DNA of 62,427 nt, counting the filler, from Asterionella formosa (taxonomy: Eukaryota): assembly GCA_002256025.1 (NCBI GenBank). It is 16 parts of 16 records of this genome, joined end to end, with 100 filler letters (N's around TTAATTAATTAA, not from the genome) between each part and the next. Parts side by side here need not be neighbours in the genome. Positions count along the whole stretch, not along the records: positions 1 to 31,302 come from NKIB01000715.1; 15 more parts are not named here. One strand, given 5' to 3'. The stretch's first letter is position 1, and each line of letters opens with the position of its first letter. The translations under genes and the position numbers were made by a program. The notes below the pieces were generated by a model. The model was not told the DNA's origin. It saw only the letters and a program-made list of their open reading frames with translations, and made no database searches. Shown here piece after piece: positions 1 to 11,216 of the stretch.

Positions 1-930
1 CCAACATCGCTACCTACAGCTGATCCCACCCCATGGCCAACATCTAAACCAACATTGCTGCCAACAGCTGACCCAACTTCTTGGCCGACATCAAAACCGA
101 CATTGGTGCCTACAGGTGATCCGACGCTGTTGCCGACATCTAAACCAATGTTGCGGCCAACAGCTGTCCCAACTCCATTACCGACATCCAAACCAACACT
201 GTTTCCAACAGCCAACCCAACTCCTTGGCCGACATCTAAACCAACATTGATACCAACAGCTGATCCAACTCCTTTGCCGACACCCCGACCGACATTGCTG
301 CCTTCAGCTGTACCTACACCTTGGCCGATATCTAAACCAACATCGCTAACGACAGCTGATCCCACCCCATGGCCGACATCTAGGCCAACATTGCAGCCAA
401 CAGTGAACCCAACTCCTCTGCAGACATCTAAACCGACGATGCTCCCGACAACTGTTCCTTCCGCTTGGCCGACTTCTCATCCGACCGATTCGCCGACATC
501 TAAACCCCCATTGCCACCAACAGCAGACCCGACTCCTTGGCCGACACTTAGACCAGCATTTGAGTCAACTCGTTGGCCCACCGCTAAGCCAACACTGTTG
601 TCAACAACTGTCCCGATTCCGGAGCCGACATCTAGGCCAACATTGCAGCCAACAGCTGACCTGACTCCTCAGCCTACTTCAAGACCAACATCTCAGACTG
701 ATCGTGGGCCAACATTGGTACCCATGGCTGGCCCTACTGCACATCCTACTTCTTGGTCGTCATCGAATCCAAGACTCCTTCCAACCTCAGCTCCAACTCG
801 CCGACCGACTCGCCGGTCGAAATCACTGCCAATTACTCTGCCGACAGCAAATCCAGTTCTGTTACCAAAAGCTGTCTTGACTCCATTGCCTACTCCCAGA
901 CCGACGTCTCAGCCGACTCCTTTACCAAAA
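1..930 (+). repeat. Coding tandem repeat, ~48-bp unit, degenerating toward the 3' end
   Basis: Recurring ccaacagctgatcccaccccatggccgacatctaaaccaacattg-like units. Confidence 0.85.
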
Positions 931-1593
931 GAAAACCCGGTGCCTGTGCGTAAACTCAAGGTGACTACAAAATCACATTTCCTAAAATTTCCAAACGATC
1001 TTGAGAATCGTCATCAGGATGTCGAGTCTGGGGAGGAAGACAGACTTTCTGAGTTGGCCTCTAAGCCAATTGTTAAACACCCGAATGGGCGGTGTTTGGA
1101 AGCATCCAAAGCTGTTGATACTCATTTCGTACCCGTCGACACGTGTGTCATCAATTCAAACGGAGATCATCCAATCAGAATTGTTTCTCAGAATGGAAAC
1201 TCTGTTGCATTCGCGGTCGTGCCAAAGTGGAAAGAGTGGAAAAACAGCGGACAGCTCAGTTGGATTGCCACTGATTTTGTCGCCATGAATGGCGAGCTCT
1301 CTTGTCGTGTCACAACGAATGATTTGAATTTGAATGGTGTTCAAACGTACAAAGCGCAATGCGAGGATGGTGTAACAGTAATCGATCTATTTATTCACGA
1401 CAAAAAATTTGGTCAGTTTGATGGATCCAGTATTCAAGTCCCCTCCGCATGCAATGCATCAGGTGATGCAACAAAGATTTGCCATTCACGCTATATGGTT
1501 CATTGCAATCCCTCCTTATGTATTAGACTTGGAACGCAATCGTCATTCATTCGCCATGGTTCGTCAGATAACCAAAATGAACTTTTCTATTAA
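1..1593 (+). CDS. 5'-truncated Pro/Thr-rich (mucin-like) repeat protein with Cys-rich C-terminal domain, probably extracellular
   Basis: Frame open from base 1 to TAA at 1593; ~16-aa units (PTADPTPWPTSKPTLL) over the first ~900 nt, then a Cys-rich globular region (PIRIVSQNG...SWIATDF...YKAQCEDG...CHSRYMVHC). Confidence 0.8.
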   Translation, partial: PTSLPTADPTPWPTSKPTLLPTADPTSWPTSKPTLVPTGDPTLLPTSKPMLRPTAVPTPLPTSKPTLFPTANPTPWPTSKPTLIPTADPTPLPTPRPTLLPSAVPTPWPISKPTSLTTADPTPWPTSRPTLQPTVNPTPLQTSKPTMLPTTVPSAWPTSHPTDSPTSKPPLPPTADPTPWPTLRPAFESTRWPTAKPTLLSTTVPIPEPTSRPTLQPTADLTPQPTSRPTSQTDRGPTLVPMAGPTAHPTSWSSSNPRLLPTSAPTRRPTRRSKSLPITLPTANPVLLPKAVLTPLPTPRPTSQPTPLPKENPVPVRKLKVTTKSHFLKFPNDLENRHQDVESGEEDRLSELASKPIVKHPNGRCLEASKAVDTHFVPVDTCVINSNGDHPIRIVSQNGNSVAFAVVPKWKEWKNSGQLSWIATDFVAMNGELSCRVTTNDLNLNGVQTYKAQCEDGVTVIDLFIHDKKFGQFDGSSIQVPSACNASGDATKICHSRYMVHCNPSLCIRLGTQSSFIRHGSSDNQNELFY

Positions 1594-2102
1594 CTTTGTA
1601 ATTTTCTCGAATCTAAGACATCATGTAACATATCGCATTTCCATTTATCAAAATCAAAGGCATGTTCACTTTCTCAATATTCCCTCTGTACCTACATCTA
1701 CACAGTGTGATTCAGTCGTGGTGTTTGAATTCATTGCAGTCAGATTGCACTTTCTGGGTGTTGAATTGTATATCCAAGCAGCTAGTCATTGGCAAATTGA
1801 TTATCCTCCTTGTCTCTCTCTTAAAATTTATAGTTGACGATTGAAAAAAATAATGCTTCGATAGCAAAACTTTTTAGGCCAAAATATGAAACATGTACTG
1901 CAATCTTTGCATTCGGCAACACAAAACACGGGCTTCTGCTCAATGTACAAATGATGGTTATATACTATTTGTAGTTTAATGTACATATAGTTGGTAATAC
2001 AATTTTAGAGTACGCTTTTACGAAACTCGACATTAGTTGAATATAGATATACATATATATATAGATTCCTTTGCAAATTGACCTCTTGTATCATGGGGGT
2101 TC

Positions 2103-2919
2103 CTAAATGAAGGGTTGAGACTTGGCAGCTTCAGATCCCAAATGATTTGCTTTCAACACCGAAGCAGTGACCGTCGCTTTCATCTGCGTCTTTTTGTTAA
2201 TGACGCGACAAAAGTTTTTGGCAATAGATGGGTCATCACTGGTATCAAATGTGAATTGGTAGGCCTGACTGTTATCTTTGCAGTACTTGAGCAAGACAGT
2301 AACAAAACCATCCTTGGCTTCGTTTTTGCACATTTTCCCAGGAGTGGGGGATATCGTAACAGAATGCGGATCTCGATTCTTTGGATCTTCCAGGACGGCA
2401 GAAACCTCGTCCAAAGGAATGGCATACAATGGAGCAAGTGATTCCTTGTCTGGAAAGACAAAGCAACAATTTCCCTTGACAAGGACATAGCGGAGCACCT
2501 CGCCATAGGTGACAAAGTCTCGTTCGTCAAAAATAAATGGTAGCCACGCCTGCAATATCGTCTTTTCAGGGGCGCCACGAAGGACAGCCGCAAAGTGTTC
2601 AAACTCAGCCCCTGAAGTGCCACTTAGACTTGCCACACTCATGATGGTTTCCTTCACTGGTGCACTAGATGTCAATAATACCGAGCGACAAGGAAATGAT
2701 GATGAGACGCATCCAGAATATAATATATAAACAAGCATCTGCAGTATACATACACATCACTTACGTATATAGCACCTTGAGAGGCTTGTTGGGTTCAGTG
2801 ACTGGGTCGACCTTCGGTGCCGCAGTGGGTTTAGCGGCTTTCGCGATTGCCGCCTCAGTTAGAGGAGCACTGTCACATGTGGCTTGGTCCACCTTGGGAG
2901 CAGGAGTTGCCAGATTCAT
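2103..2919 (-). CDS. PH-domain-like protein, 2 exons (2919-2765, 2664-2103)
   Basis: ATG at 2919 (MNLATPAPKV...); phase-2 intron 2764-2665 (GTAAGT...TAG) joins in frame to ORF 2103-2738; RYVLVKGNCCFVF..LYAIPLDE resembles PH-domain beta strands. Confidence 0.65.
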
Positions 2920-4119
2920 TCTTTTTATACTGTGTTGTGTGTGCTGTGCAGTTTTCCTTCGAATAGTATAAGTATGGTGATGCGCTTCTTGTTGTCAAAG
3001 TTCGTTGAAAGGATTGTTATTGACAGGGGGGATGGTGGTGGGACTGATGATAAGATATGTATGCTCGCTTTTTTGCCTTGAAAACCTGTTCCGTTCTGTA
3101 CTTAAAGCAAATAAAGCTAAATATCTCGATTAACGGACCCTTCTGCTGATCATTCTTGGTGCATTTGGACTGAGCACCAGTAAGGTACCAGGTACTATAC
3201 TCCGTACAATTTGTATATAATTTATGAAGCAGCGTATCCCGAAGTATCCTACATAACAATATCACGACTATTACTATTCATACCTCTTGTTACGTATTGT
3301 TTATTTATGTATGTCATATGTATACGTAAATAAATTTTATATACCGGTAGTCTACCGGTATATGTCGCTACCGGTAGTGTAGATATTCACATTCTACGTA
3401 CGCATGAGTGGTATTGTTTTTAGACCTTACAATTTGGGACACTCTACATAGACCCGGTACACACATTTGACTTGAAATACTTTTTCTGTATCATGACTGA
3501 TGCGGGTGTATTGTAAAGAAAGCCGAGGTACCGGTATTAGGCCCTACCGGAATTTTGTTTATTAACACTATCCCTATCAACTCACATTTTTACACAGACA
3601 ATCAAATATTTTGTAAACCCCACACAGAGATAATAGGTTTGTGTACCAGCTACGGAAATAATGGAATCCTACACATGCATGTCCACGCATGCCATTGTAC
3701 CTACCGGTACATGCACAGCCACATGCGAGTGACGAGCGATGATGGTAATTTTTCGTACATACGTCAGCAGATGTAAGGAAGGGGGCGAATTCTGATGCAA
3801 TTTGAGAAGCAAGGGGCATTGCGTCATCTATGTACATATCGTCATACGTATTCAGATAGCAATGTATATTTTTATCGCTATATTACGTACATCATCAAGA
3901 ACCACTCGTCTATCTGTAAATACCAGAAGTCAATTGTGCTTATATACAGGTAGTTATGCCGGCATAATATACATAATAATGATTTTATACGCAAAAAAAG
4001 CTGGTTCTATTTTTATCATGATGTGACAAAATCCTTCCTACTATCAATCGATCATAGTGGACGCCGCATCGAGCCATTGCTTCCATTGTTGTTAGAAACA
4101 ACAACAGTCAACGTGCACG

Positions 4120-5630
4120 ATGATGCGACTCACTCCATTCCTCGTCCTCCTTCTTTTAGTCCGCAGCCATGCCTGGACTCATGGTAAAATCTGTCCAAGA
4201 TCGACGGCTTTGTTGTCTTCAAAGAACGACGGTCTGGTTCTCCAAAATGATAACATGCGATCGAAACTAGCATCCGCCTTTGCGGCTTTAGATGAAACTG
4301 ATCAATACGACGCCGTGCTGACGGGTCTATGCGCCAAGATTTTGGATGAAACTCCCAGCGTGGCATGTTGGAGTGCCTTGCAAGATCCCATTTCGCTGTT
4401 GAAGGAAATGAATGCTCGCAAAGTGGCGGCTTCGGGCCGGTCCTTAATGGCGTTGATTGATGTGAGTTAAGGAAAGAGATCGACCAATGTTGTGATCTCT
4501 TTGTGTCGTATCCAATTTGTGTCTTGGCTCGCACTTATAATCGTTCGTTCCGTTTCACAGGCCACCGTCAAGACGGAAATCCCAGGCGCCATGGCAGGCA
4601 TCATGTCCCTTTCCTTACGAAACGGGGGTCTCAACAAATTTGGTGCCCTCCAATCGACTCTCACGATACTTCCACCATCTCCGTCCTCTCGTGTTGATGG
4701 GACCAAGCTGACTCGGAAAGATCGATTGGAGAGCCTGGCTGATGTCCCCACCGACGATCGGGCATCCGAAGTGGCATCTGCCTTGGCCGTGTCTGGCTTT
4801 TTTGGAATTTGCGGTTTGGCCAATGTCTTTGGACTAGACGACATTACCCCGTACTCCAATCTTGCAGTTACAACTATGGTGACCGTGGGCATTTTGGACA
4901 ACTTCTATGACGCATTAAGATTTGGATCCTCCCTGCTCAAGGATAAATTGAATAATGACAACGTACAACTTCCAGAAAAAGGATCCATGCCACTCAATTT
5001 AGGCACTGGTCAACTAACAGGGACAGTTGCTCGGGGATTAACTCGTCTGATTAGCGTTGATACCGAACGAGACTGTCAATGTGAAGCAGCAGCCTTTTTT
5101 GTTGCATATTCGCTGGGATTGCCTTGTTTCGCCTTTCGACCAAATGCATTGGAGGTAAGGCGAAGAGTCTTTTGCAGAAATAACTATTCACAATGTCACA
5201 TTGTTCTGCTTTTAATCAATCATTCTTCTACACACAGGCTGCAGTACTGGTGGTTGAATCCATGAAGGAAGATACGGAAGAAACCAAAGACCTTGATCCC
5301 CTCTTGAGCAACGTTGGTATTTTGAAACTACTTGTTTGGCTCATGGCACCTGTTGCTATGGAGTCTAGCAAACACGCTCAATTGATTGTCTCCGACCCAC
5401 GGGAAGCCATGGGACTACTCACGCGTTTAGAACAACGTTCAGACTTGTTGGATGGGGATTTGTGGTTTGCAGAGAATGAAGTGGAGAAACAGGATTTGTT
5501 AAAATGGGCATATGCAGAGGCGGATTTACTGTTGCGACGCAACAAAGAGACTGTGAATGAATTGTCGGAGCGATTGGCAGGTGGTGCAGCAACTATGGGT
5601 GACTGTGTTGCAGTGGCTGAAAAATGGTAA
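4120..5630 (+). CDS. Peptidase M41-like (FtsH protease domain only, VIR3-like) membrane protein, probably plastid-targeted, zinc motif degenerate; exons 4120-4461, 4561-5154, 5238-5630
   Basis: Signal peptide ending SHA-W; GT-AG introns 4462-4560 and 5155-5237 join three ORFs in frame; CEAAAFFVAYSLGLP aligns with HEAGHFLVAYLLGLP; C-terminus WAYAEADLLLRRN...TMGDCVAVAE fits the family. Confidence 0.7.
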
Positions 5631-5991
5631 AAAGGTGGTGGAAAAGTTTTGGCTTGAAAATGTATATTTTTTCCGCCGTGGGGAACAAACGAGTTGGAGA
5701 TTTGTTCCACTGAATTGTATCTCGACCTGTCCTCTTACGGACAGTCCAGGAGCATCATGTAAATAGATTTAGTTTAGTATCCTATTTTCGTAGCCTTAAA
5801 AAAGAAACTGAGTTGCTTTTGGAGGAGCAGTCCTTTCTATTTCGTCCAAACAGACAATCTTATCAGCATCAGAAAACACTTCTTCCAGCATGACATGACA
5901 GCCATTTCGGTGCAATCCAAATTGTCAACGTGTATTATCATTGAACACATTCCTTTTAACAACAGATAGAATGTCCAAACAACAAATTTTT

Positions 5992-6958
5992 TCATAGACC
6001 ATGATTTCCTCCATAGCCACTCCTCTCACTAGGTTTCCAACCGCTCTGTTCCAACCACCCTTCTTCTGGCTTCCACACTTCCACTTTCAACGAATATACC
6101 ACCGGTTCACCTCCACCTCCACATGCCAAACTAACGTCGCCTTGTGGACACGTCGAGGCCGACACCAGCAAATCAGTTTCTGCCAAGAATTCAATGTAGT
6201 CGCCAACATCTACGGGGCTTGGCTTACAAAAGTACTGATGTGTATCCTTGGTAAAGCCTGTGCACATGAACACATTCAAAACATCATGGACATCCATTTC
6301 ATCCAGACCGTCTCGGAGGGCTTGTCGTGTCAGATTAGAATGGCAACAAGTATTGGCATCCTCGTTTGTCATGAGATAGTTGGTGTAGGGGTCACAGCGA
6401 GATCCAATCACGTCATGAACACCGGCACCGTCTTCGTCAAAGCCGTATGCGATGGTATCTAAAAACAAATCGATGGTCTCGTTTGTGAGAATCAACCCTA
6501 CCAAAATTGACAATGAACAATAGCGAAAGTGGTTTCATAGAAATGATCGCTCGAGTTATGCACACCTAACACGCACCTCCAGTTATTGTCGCTAATGGCC
6601 TTAAATACGGCATGTTGGACCATAGCCGATCTCCAGTGGACAGATGCGTGGCATGGATTTGTCGAGTCTTGGACGAAAAGAATCGTTCTTTTGGGTTGTC
6701 CAGACACCAACAATTCATGTCGGCAACTTGTGGCCCTTCATTGCAAATGATTCGCCAAAGACATCCCGCGGGGACCTTCCAACTACGAGCATCCTTAGCA
6801 GGAATAATCACCTCGTGCACTAAAGTTGCCTTTCCAGAGGCAATGGCAGTACCGATGGCGGCGTACAGGGCAACACCGCCATGCTTGGGAGGTAAATTTT
6901 CAATGGCATAGCAAACAACGGGCTCACTGGATCGACAAATGTCGCGTCGGTCTGACAT
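5992..6958 (-). CDS. DUF1989 / urea carboxylase-associated family protein, 2 exons (6958-6577, 6458-5992)
   Basis: Intron 6576-6459 (GTGCGT...TAG) gives ATITG-DTIAYGFDEDG; motifs GPQVAD, HDVIGSRCD, CCHSNL, VHDVLNVFM, EFLAETDLLVSASTCPQGD. Confidence 0.85.
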
Positions 6959-7379
6959 TGCGCTTATTTATTCAAAAGAAGTCAAGTCAACCAAAATAAA
7001 ACTTAAAAAATATTTGATGCAACGTTTCTCGTCCCTGCGGCTCTGTCTGCAATTATTAGAGAAGATTCTATCGGTAATATCGTCACAGTTGTGAGCGAGA
7101 CTTCACCACGTCCGTATTTCCAGTCAACACACTCAAGTGCTTGGGGTTTCTCGGCAGAAGCGGAATAATTAGACTGCGGTATCCTTACTCGGAGCAAAGA
7201 TATTTCAGAACTTGGGTGCTTGTAGAATCATACAAAACATCTGGTACTCAAATAAATCGCAGCTCGCATTGCTATTTTCTTAAGAATTGATGGACACTTT
7301 TCAATCGATCTTGGCAAAAAGAGGAACGAAAAATCATACTCATATCTTTCCAAACTTCCAGAAGCAAATCAATCGAATC

Positions 7380-8465
7380 ATGCTCTTGCGTCGCGCCCTT
7401 TACTCCTCTGTCTCCCGCACTGCCAGCCACGTTGCTACTCGCGGTAGCATCCCTCGTGTTGTAGTTGCATCAAAAGGTCGCGCTAGCTTTAGCACTGGTG
7501 GCAAAATGGATTCAATGGAAAGTGGAACAAAACTCTACATGAGTTTGTACCCGGAAGGATCCACCGATGGAGGCAAGTAAGCTTGCATGGATTGGAGAGA
7601 GCTTATTTTGCTTGTCACGTTCACTTACATCTTTATCTTGTTGTTTCCATCACGGTCTCGCCAACAGGAATTCGCTTGGGGAACATTGTTCCCGACTTTG
7701 CCGCAGACACGACGCATGGCACTTTTGACTCCTTTCACGAGTGGAAGAAAGGCAAATGGGCCATTCTCTTTTCCCATCCTGCTGACTTTACCCCCGTGTG
7801 CACTACGGAAATTGGAAGACTTGCCATGAAGTACGACGAACTACAAGCCATGGATTGTTTGGTGGCAACACTCAGTGTGGACCCCGTCAAGTCTCATACT
7901 GAATGGTTGAGAGATGTTGTGGCGCATTGCGAAAATGAAATTGAAGTGAAATTTCCAATTATTGGAGATGCGGACCGTTCGATTTCCATGGCCTATGGGA
8001 TGATTGATCCTGGAAGTTCGGATCAACAACAATTGGTAAGTCAATTATGTGCTACACAGGGATTCACGACATGTCCATGACACCATACTTACAATCTTCC
8101 CAAATGCTGCCTTCTAGCCCCTCACAATCCGAGCTGTCTTTATCATAAACCCAGAGAACAAGCTCATGCTCTCTCTCAACTACCCGGCCTGCGTGGGTCG
8201 CAATATGGATGAGATTGTCCGCTGCGTAAAGGCATTGCAGCTAAGTTACGAAAAGTCCATTGCAACACCAGCCAACTGGCCCAACAATCATGAAGACATT
8301 GCTTTGGCGGATGGTAGTCGCACCAATGCCTTCAAGGGAAGTGTGTTTTTGCTCCCCACTGTTAGCGAGGAGGAGGCCAAGGCGAATTATCCTAACCATC
8401 ACACATGTGATGTTCCATCCAACAAGGGATATCTTCGATTGGTGAAAGCAAGTGAAGTGATCTAG
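7380..8465 (+). CDS. PRDX6: 1-Cys peroxiredoxin (Prx6 class) with mitochondrial-type presequence; exons 7380-7572, 7668-8035, 8118-8465
   Basis: FSHPADFTPVCTTE active site, PLTIRAVF, YPACVGRN, ATPANW; Arg/Ser-rich, acid-free N-terminus; intron 1 GC-AG, intron 2 GT-AG. Confidence 0.9.
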
Positions 8466-8969
8466 AATAACACAAATCTACTTTAACTTTGAAAAAAACT
8501 CTAGCGACATGTAGGATGTATGTTCAAGGCTCAACAAAAATAGAATTCTGATTAAATCTTGTGCTTATATACTCCCCCACAGTAAAGCCACCACCATACT
8601 CCTGTCTAGTCACTCAAGCATTGTCCAAGAGTTAAGCCAATGAATACGACCAATACATGAGTCAAATATTGTCTTTTGGCTGTTTGAGAAAGTTTTTTAT
8701 TCAAAGGAGATGAGTTGTCCAAACACAATATCATGGCCATTGGTATATAATACAAAAGGATAGAACCCTTGTGGTCCTGTGTCCAAAACATAAAATGTGT
8801 AGGACTAACTTTATGTGTAATATCATAGGAAATGACTTTGTTGATGGAAAACAAAGACATGATCATTACAAATGTATGTAAGAAGACAAGAAAATGGTAA
8901 CCATGAAGGTCAGAAAATAATAGGAAAGACTGTATCAAAATGGAAAAGGAACTAAATAATCATCTTGAA

Positions 8970-9041
8970 GGTCTGCACAGGGACATGAACCCCAGACCTT
9001 CTGTACACAAAGCAGGTATCATATCACTAGTCCATGCATAC
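8970..9041 (-). pseudogene. Degenerate tRNA-Pro copy
   Basis: Colinear 72-nt copy of 9508-9579 with many substitutions, including all four CpGs and the anticodon (TGG to TGT). Confidence 0.8.
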
Positions 9042-9112
9042 AACAACACTTGAATGTACCAAGGAATGAAACAACAAGGGAATGAGGGTGAAAAATGTAA
9101 GTGAAACACTTG

Positions 9113-9167
9113 TGTCCACATGGGGATTTGCACCCAGAGCAGGAATCATAGCAGAGTCCACGTGGAC
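9113..9167 (-). pseudogene. Degenerate, internally deleted tRNA-Pro copy
   Basis: gtccacatggggatttg/cacccagagcaggaatcata..ccacgtggac matches the tRNA with an ~16-nt deletion and CpG-to-TpG/CpA changes. Confidence 0.7.
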
Positions 9168-9305
9168 TACCCGGTATGTCACTTGAATATACAAATATGA
9201 GAATAAAGAGATTCAGGCAAATAACTAAATGTAAAAAGAAGCAAAATGAATCCCATTCAAAAACGTGAGGACGAGGCAGTGAATTATAGAATCACCATAA
9301 GAGTT

Positions 9306-9377
9306 GGTCCGCACGGGGATTTGAACCCCGGACCTCCTGCACCCAAAGCAGGAATCATAACACTAGACCATGCGGAC
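9306..9377 (-). tRNA. tRNA-Pro(UGG), D-loop variant (GG to GT)
   Basis: Reverse complement GTCCGCATGGTCTAGTGTTATGATTCCTGCTTTGGGTGCAGGAGGTCCGGGGTTCAAATCCCCGTGCGGACC forms a cloverleaf with anticodon TGG. Confidence 0.85.
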
Positions 9378-9507
9378 TTCAGCACTCTCATTAAATCGAG
9401 AGGAGACCTAGACAGCCCCGTGATGGACTGTTGACAATCTAAAACATACATATCGAAATTGGTTGCATGAACCGTTTTATGGGAGGTGCCAAAAGTAACA
9501 CCTCATG

Positions 9508-9579
9508 GGTCCGCACGGGGATTTGAACCCCGGACCTCCTGCACCCAAAGCAGGAATCATACCACTAGACCATGCGGAC
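9508..9579 (-). tRNA. tRNA-Pro(UGG)
   Basis: Intact cloverleaf, A box TGGTCTAGTGG, B box GGTTCAAATCC, anticodon TGG, T4 run just downstream on the minus strand. Confidence 0.95.
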
Positions 9580-10026
9580 ATCTCACCTTATTAATGACTG
9601 TTGAATTAACATTACAAAAAAGCTGATTTTCTTATTCTGCCAGGATAGGAATCGAAAGTTCCGATATATGATTGCTTTTACCATACCGGTAAAAGGATCG
9701 ATGATTTACATTTTTGTCATGATGGGCAAGAGAAAAGGTCGTGTCGTCGTATAGCGGTAATTAGCAACATGAGTACTGTACCCTGGTACCAGGGTGTACC
9801 TGGTTGTCTTCTACTGGTACCAGGTAGCTACGATGCAAACATCATGATTCCGTTACCAGTACCAGGTACCAGGTACCATGTACCAGGTATTCCGAGTACG
9901 GTACATACCGCTAGTAAAAGAACCGGCTTCGTCTTAGCCGACTTCCATTTGAAAATCTATGTACCAAATACCAGGTATTGGGACCACCACCAAGGAAGCA
10001 GTGGAAGCATCATCGTCAATGTTACA

Positions 10027-10536
10027 ATGCCCTCACCTTCCTCGGCCGGCAACGCTTCCCTAGGCCCACCACCGGAAACGGCTACATGGCTCAAGTATGT
10101 TCCCGCAACGTTTGGACTTCGTGACGCGGTTGCCAAATCACCATATCGCTGGTGCACCAGAGAAAGCTCCATGTGGGGTCTAGCCACGGGCACTGCCATG
10201 AGTTTACATCGACTTCGGATGGGATCTCGTGTGGGGTGGGCCATGAATGTTGGATTTGGTACAACACTCCTTGTGAGTTCGGTGAGCTACTACTTTTGCG
10301 TGCGAGCCCGGCAACATAAGGAGGAAGTAATTGAACTTTTAATGAAAGCTCAGCAATTCGAAGAAGCCCGGAATATGCCACCGGAACCGGAGGACCACCC
10401 GTTTTTGGATAGTCGTACTGCCGATGAGGCAGGACCGAGGGAGTATAGAGGAATGTTGCCTGACAGGAAAGACTGGCAAGAACCGTTGGGAACACAAGAT
10501 GCGAAGGATGTCTTTATGCCTGTGCGGAAGAACTAG
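10027..10536 (+). CDS. COX20: Cytochrome c oxidase assembly protein COX20-like
   Basis: WCTRESSMWGLATG..two TM helices..YYFCVRAR pattern with the paired Cys; start taken at MPSPSS (10027). Confidence 0.7.
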   Translation: MPSPSSAGNASLGPPPETATWLKYVPATFGLRDAVAKSPYRWCTRESSMWGLATGTAMSLHRLRMGSRVGWAMNVGFGTTLLVSSVSYYFCVRARQHKEEVIELLMKAQQFEEARNMPPEPEDHPFLDSRTADEAGPREYRGMLPDRKDWQEPLGTQDAKDVFMPVRKN

Positions 10537-10670
10537 TTTTCATTCCTTGCAAGGAGCCACAACCATCACATTGCCAAGAAAGTTATTGCATCCATTATTA
10601 TAAGTGACTACAAGTAAAGTCTACAAGCACACGCACACACACACATAAATAGATATGAGCTAGTGTGAGA

Positions 10671-11216
10671 TTACGTCGTCATGCGCTCTGTCACACTAGC
10701 CACAACAATCCCCACCATCATAATGGCGGCTGTCACAACGACTGGATTATCTCCTGAATTCCACTTGGCGTCTTTCAGAAACGGAATCGCAGATGGCTTT
10801 CTTCCGGAGGCCTTGTTGAGCCAATCCTGAAACATCCATGTTTCCAATGGGCGTGAGGATGCTGACGCCCGGAGGTCATCTAAATACTCTTTCACCTCGC
10901 CACGAGATTTAGAAAGGGCCAATTTGCGTCGTGACACTGGGACCACGTCATTGTTCCATACCACGGCACAAAGAACACAAAGCACAGTCAAAATGCCAAA
11001 TCCAATGAGTGTACTGGTGTCTGGAAGCATGGGTTCAAATGCAGTAGTAGCAGTAGTAGTAGTGGCAGCGAGCTGAATGCTGTTTGCAGAATAATACTGG
11101 TAGTATTCAAATTCTTGGATTGTAGCTCCGGCGGATCGGAAAGTCCTTATTCCGGCGCTGTTTGCCAAACCATTTGAGCCGAAAGATGAAATGAAGCAGG
11201 CGGATGTTGACTTCAT
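10671..11216 (-). CDS. Hypothetical two-TM membrane protein
   Basis: 181-aa ATG ORF; Ser/Ala/Thr-rich N-terminus, two hydrophobic helices, KWNSGDNP motif. Confidence 0.65.
   Translation of the reverse strand: MKSTSACFISSFGSNGLANSAGIRTFRSAGATIQEFEYYQYYSANSIQLAATTTTATTAFEPMLPDTSTLIGFGILTVLCVLCAVVWNNDVVPVSRRKLALSKSRGEVKEYLDDLRASASSRPLETWMFQDWLNKASGRKPSAIPFLKDAKWNSGDNPVVVTAAIMMVGIVVASVTERMTT

Noticed and set aside
9246..9434. 62-aa ORF
   Set aside because: Antisense reading of the tRNA-Pro gene.
9769..10026. N-terminal extension of COX20 in the ORF track
   Set aside because: It translates TACCAGG arrays (VPGTRY); the real start is more likely 10027.
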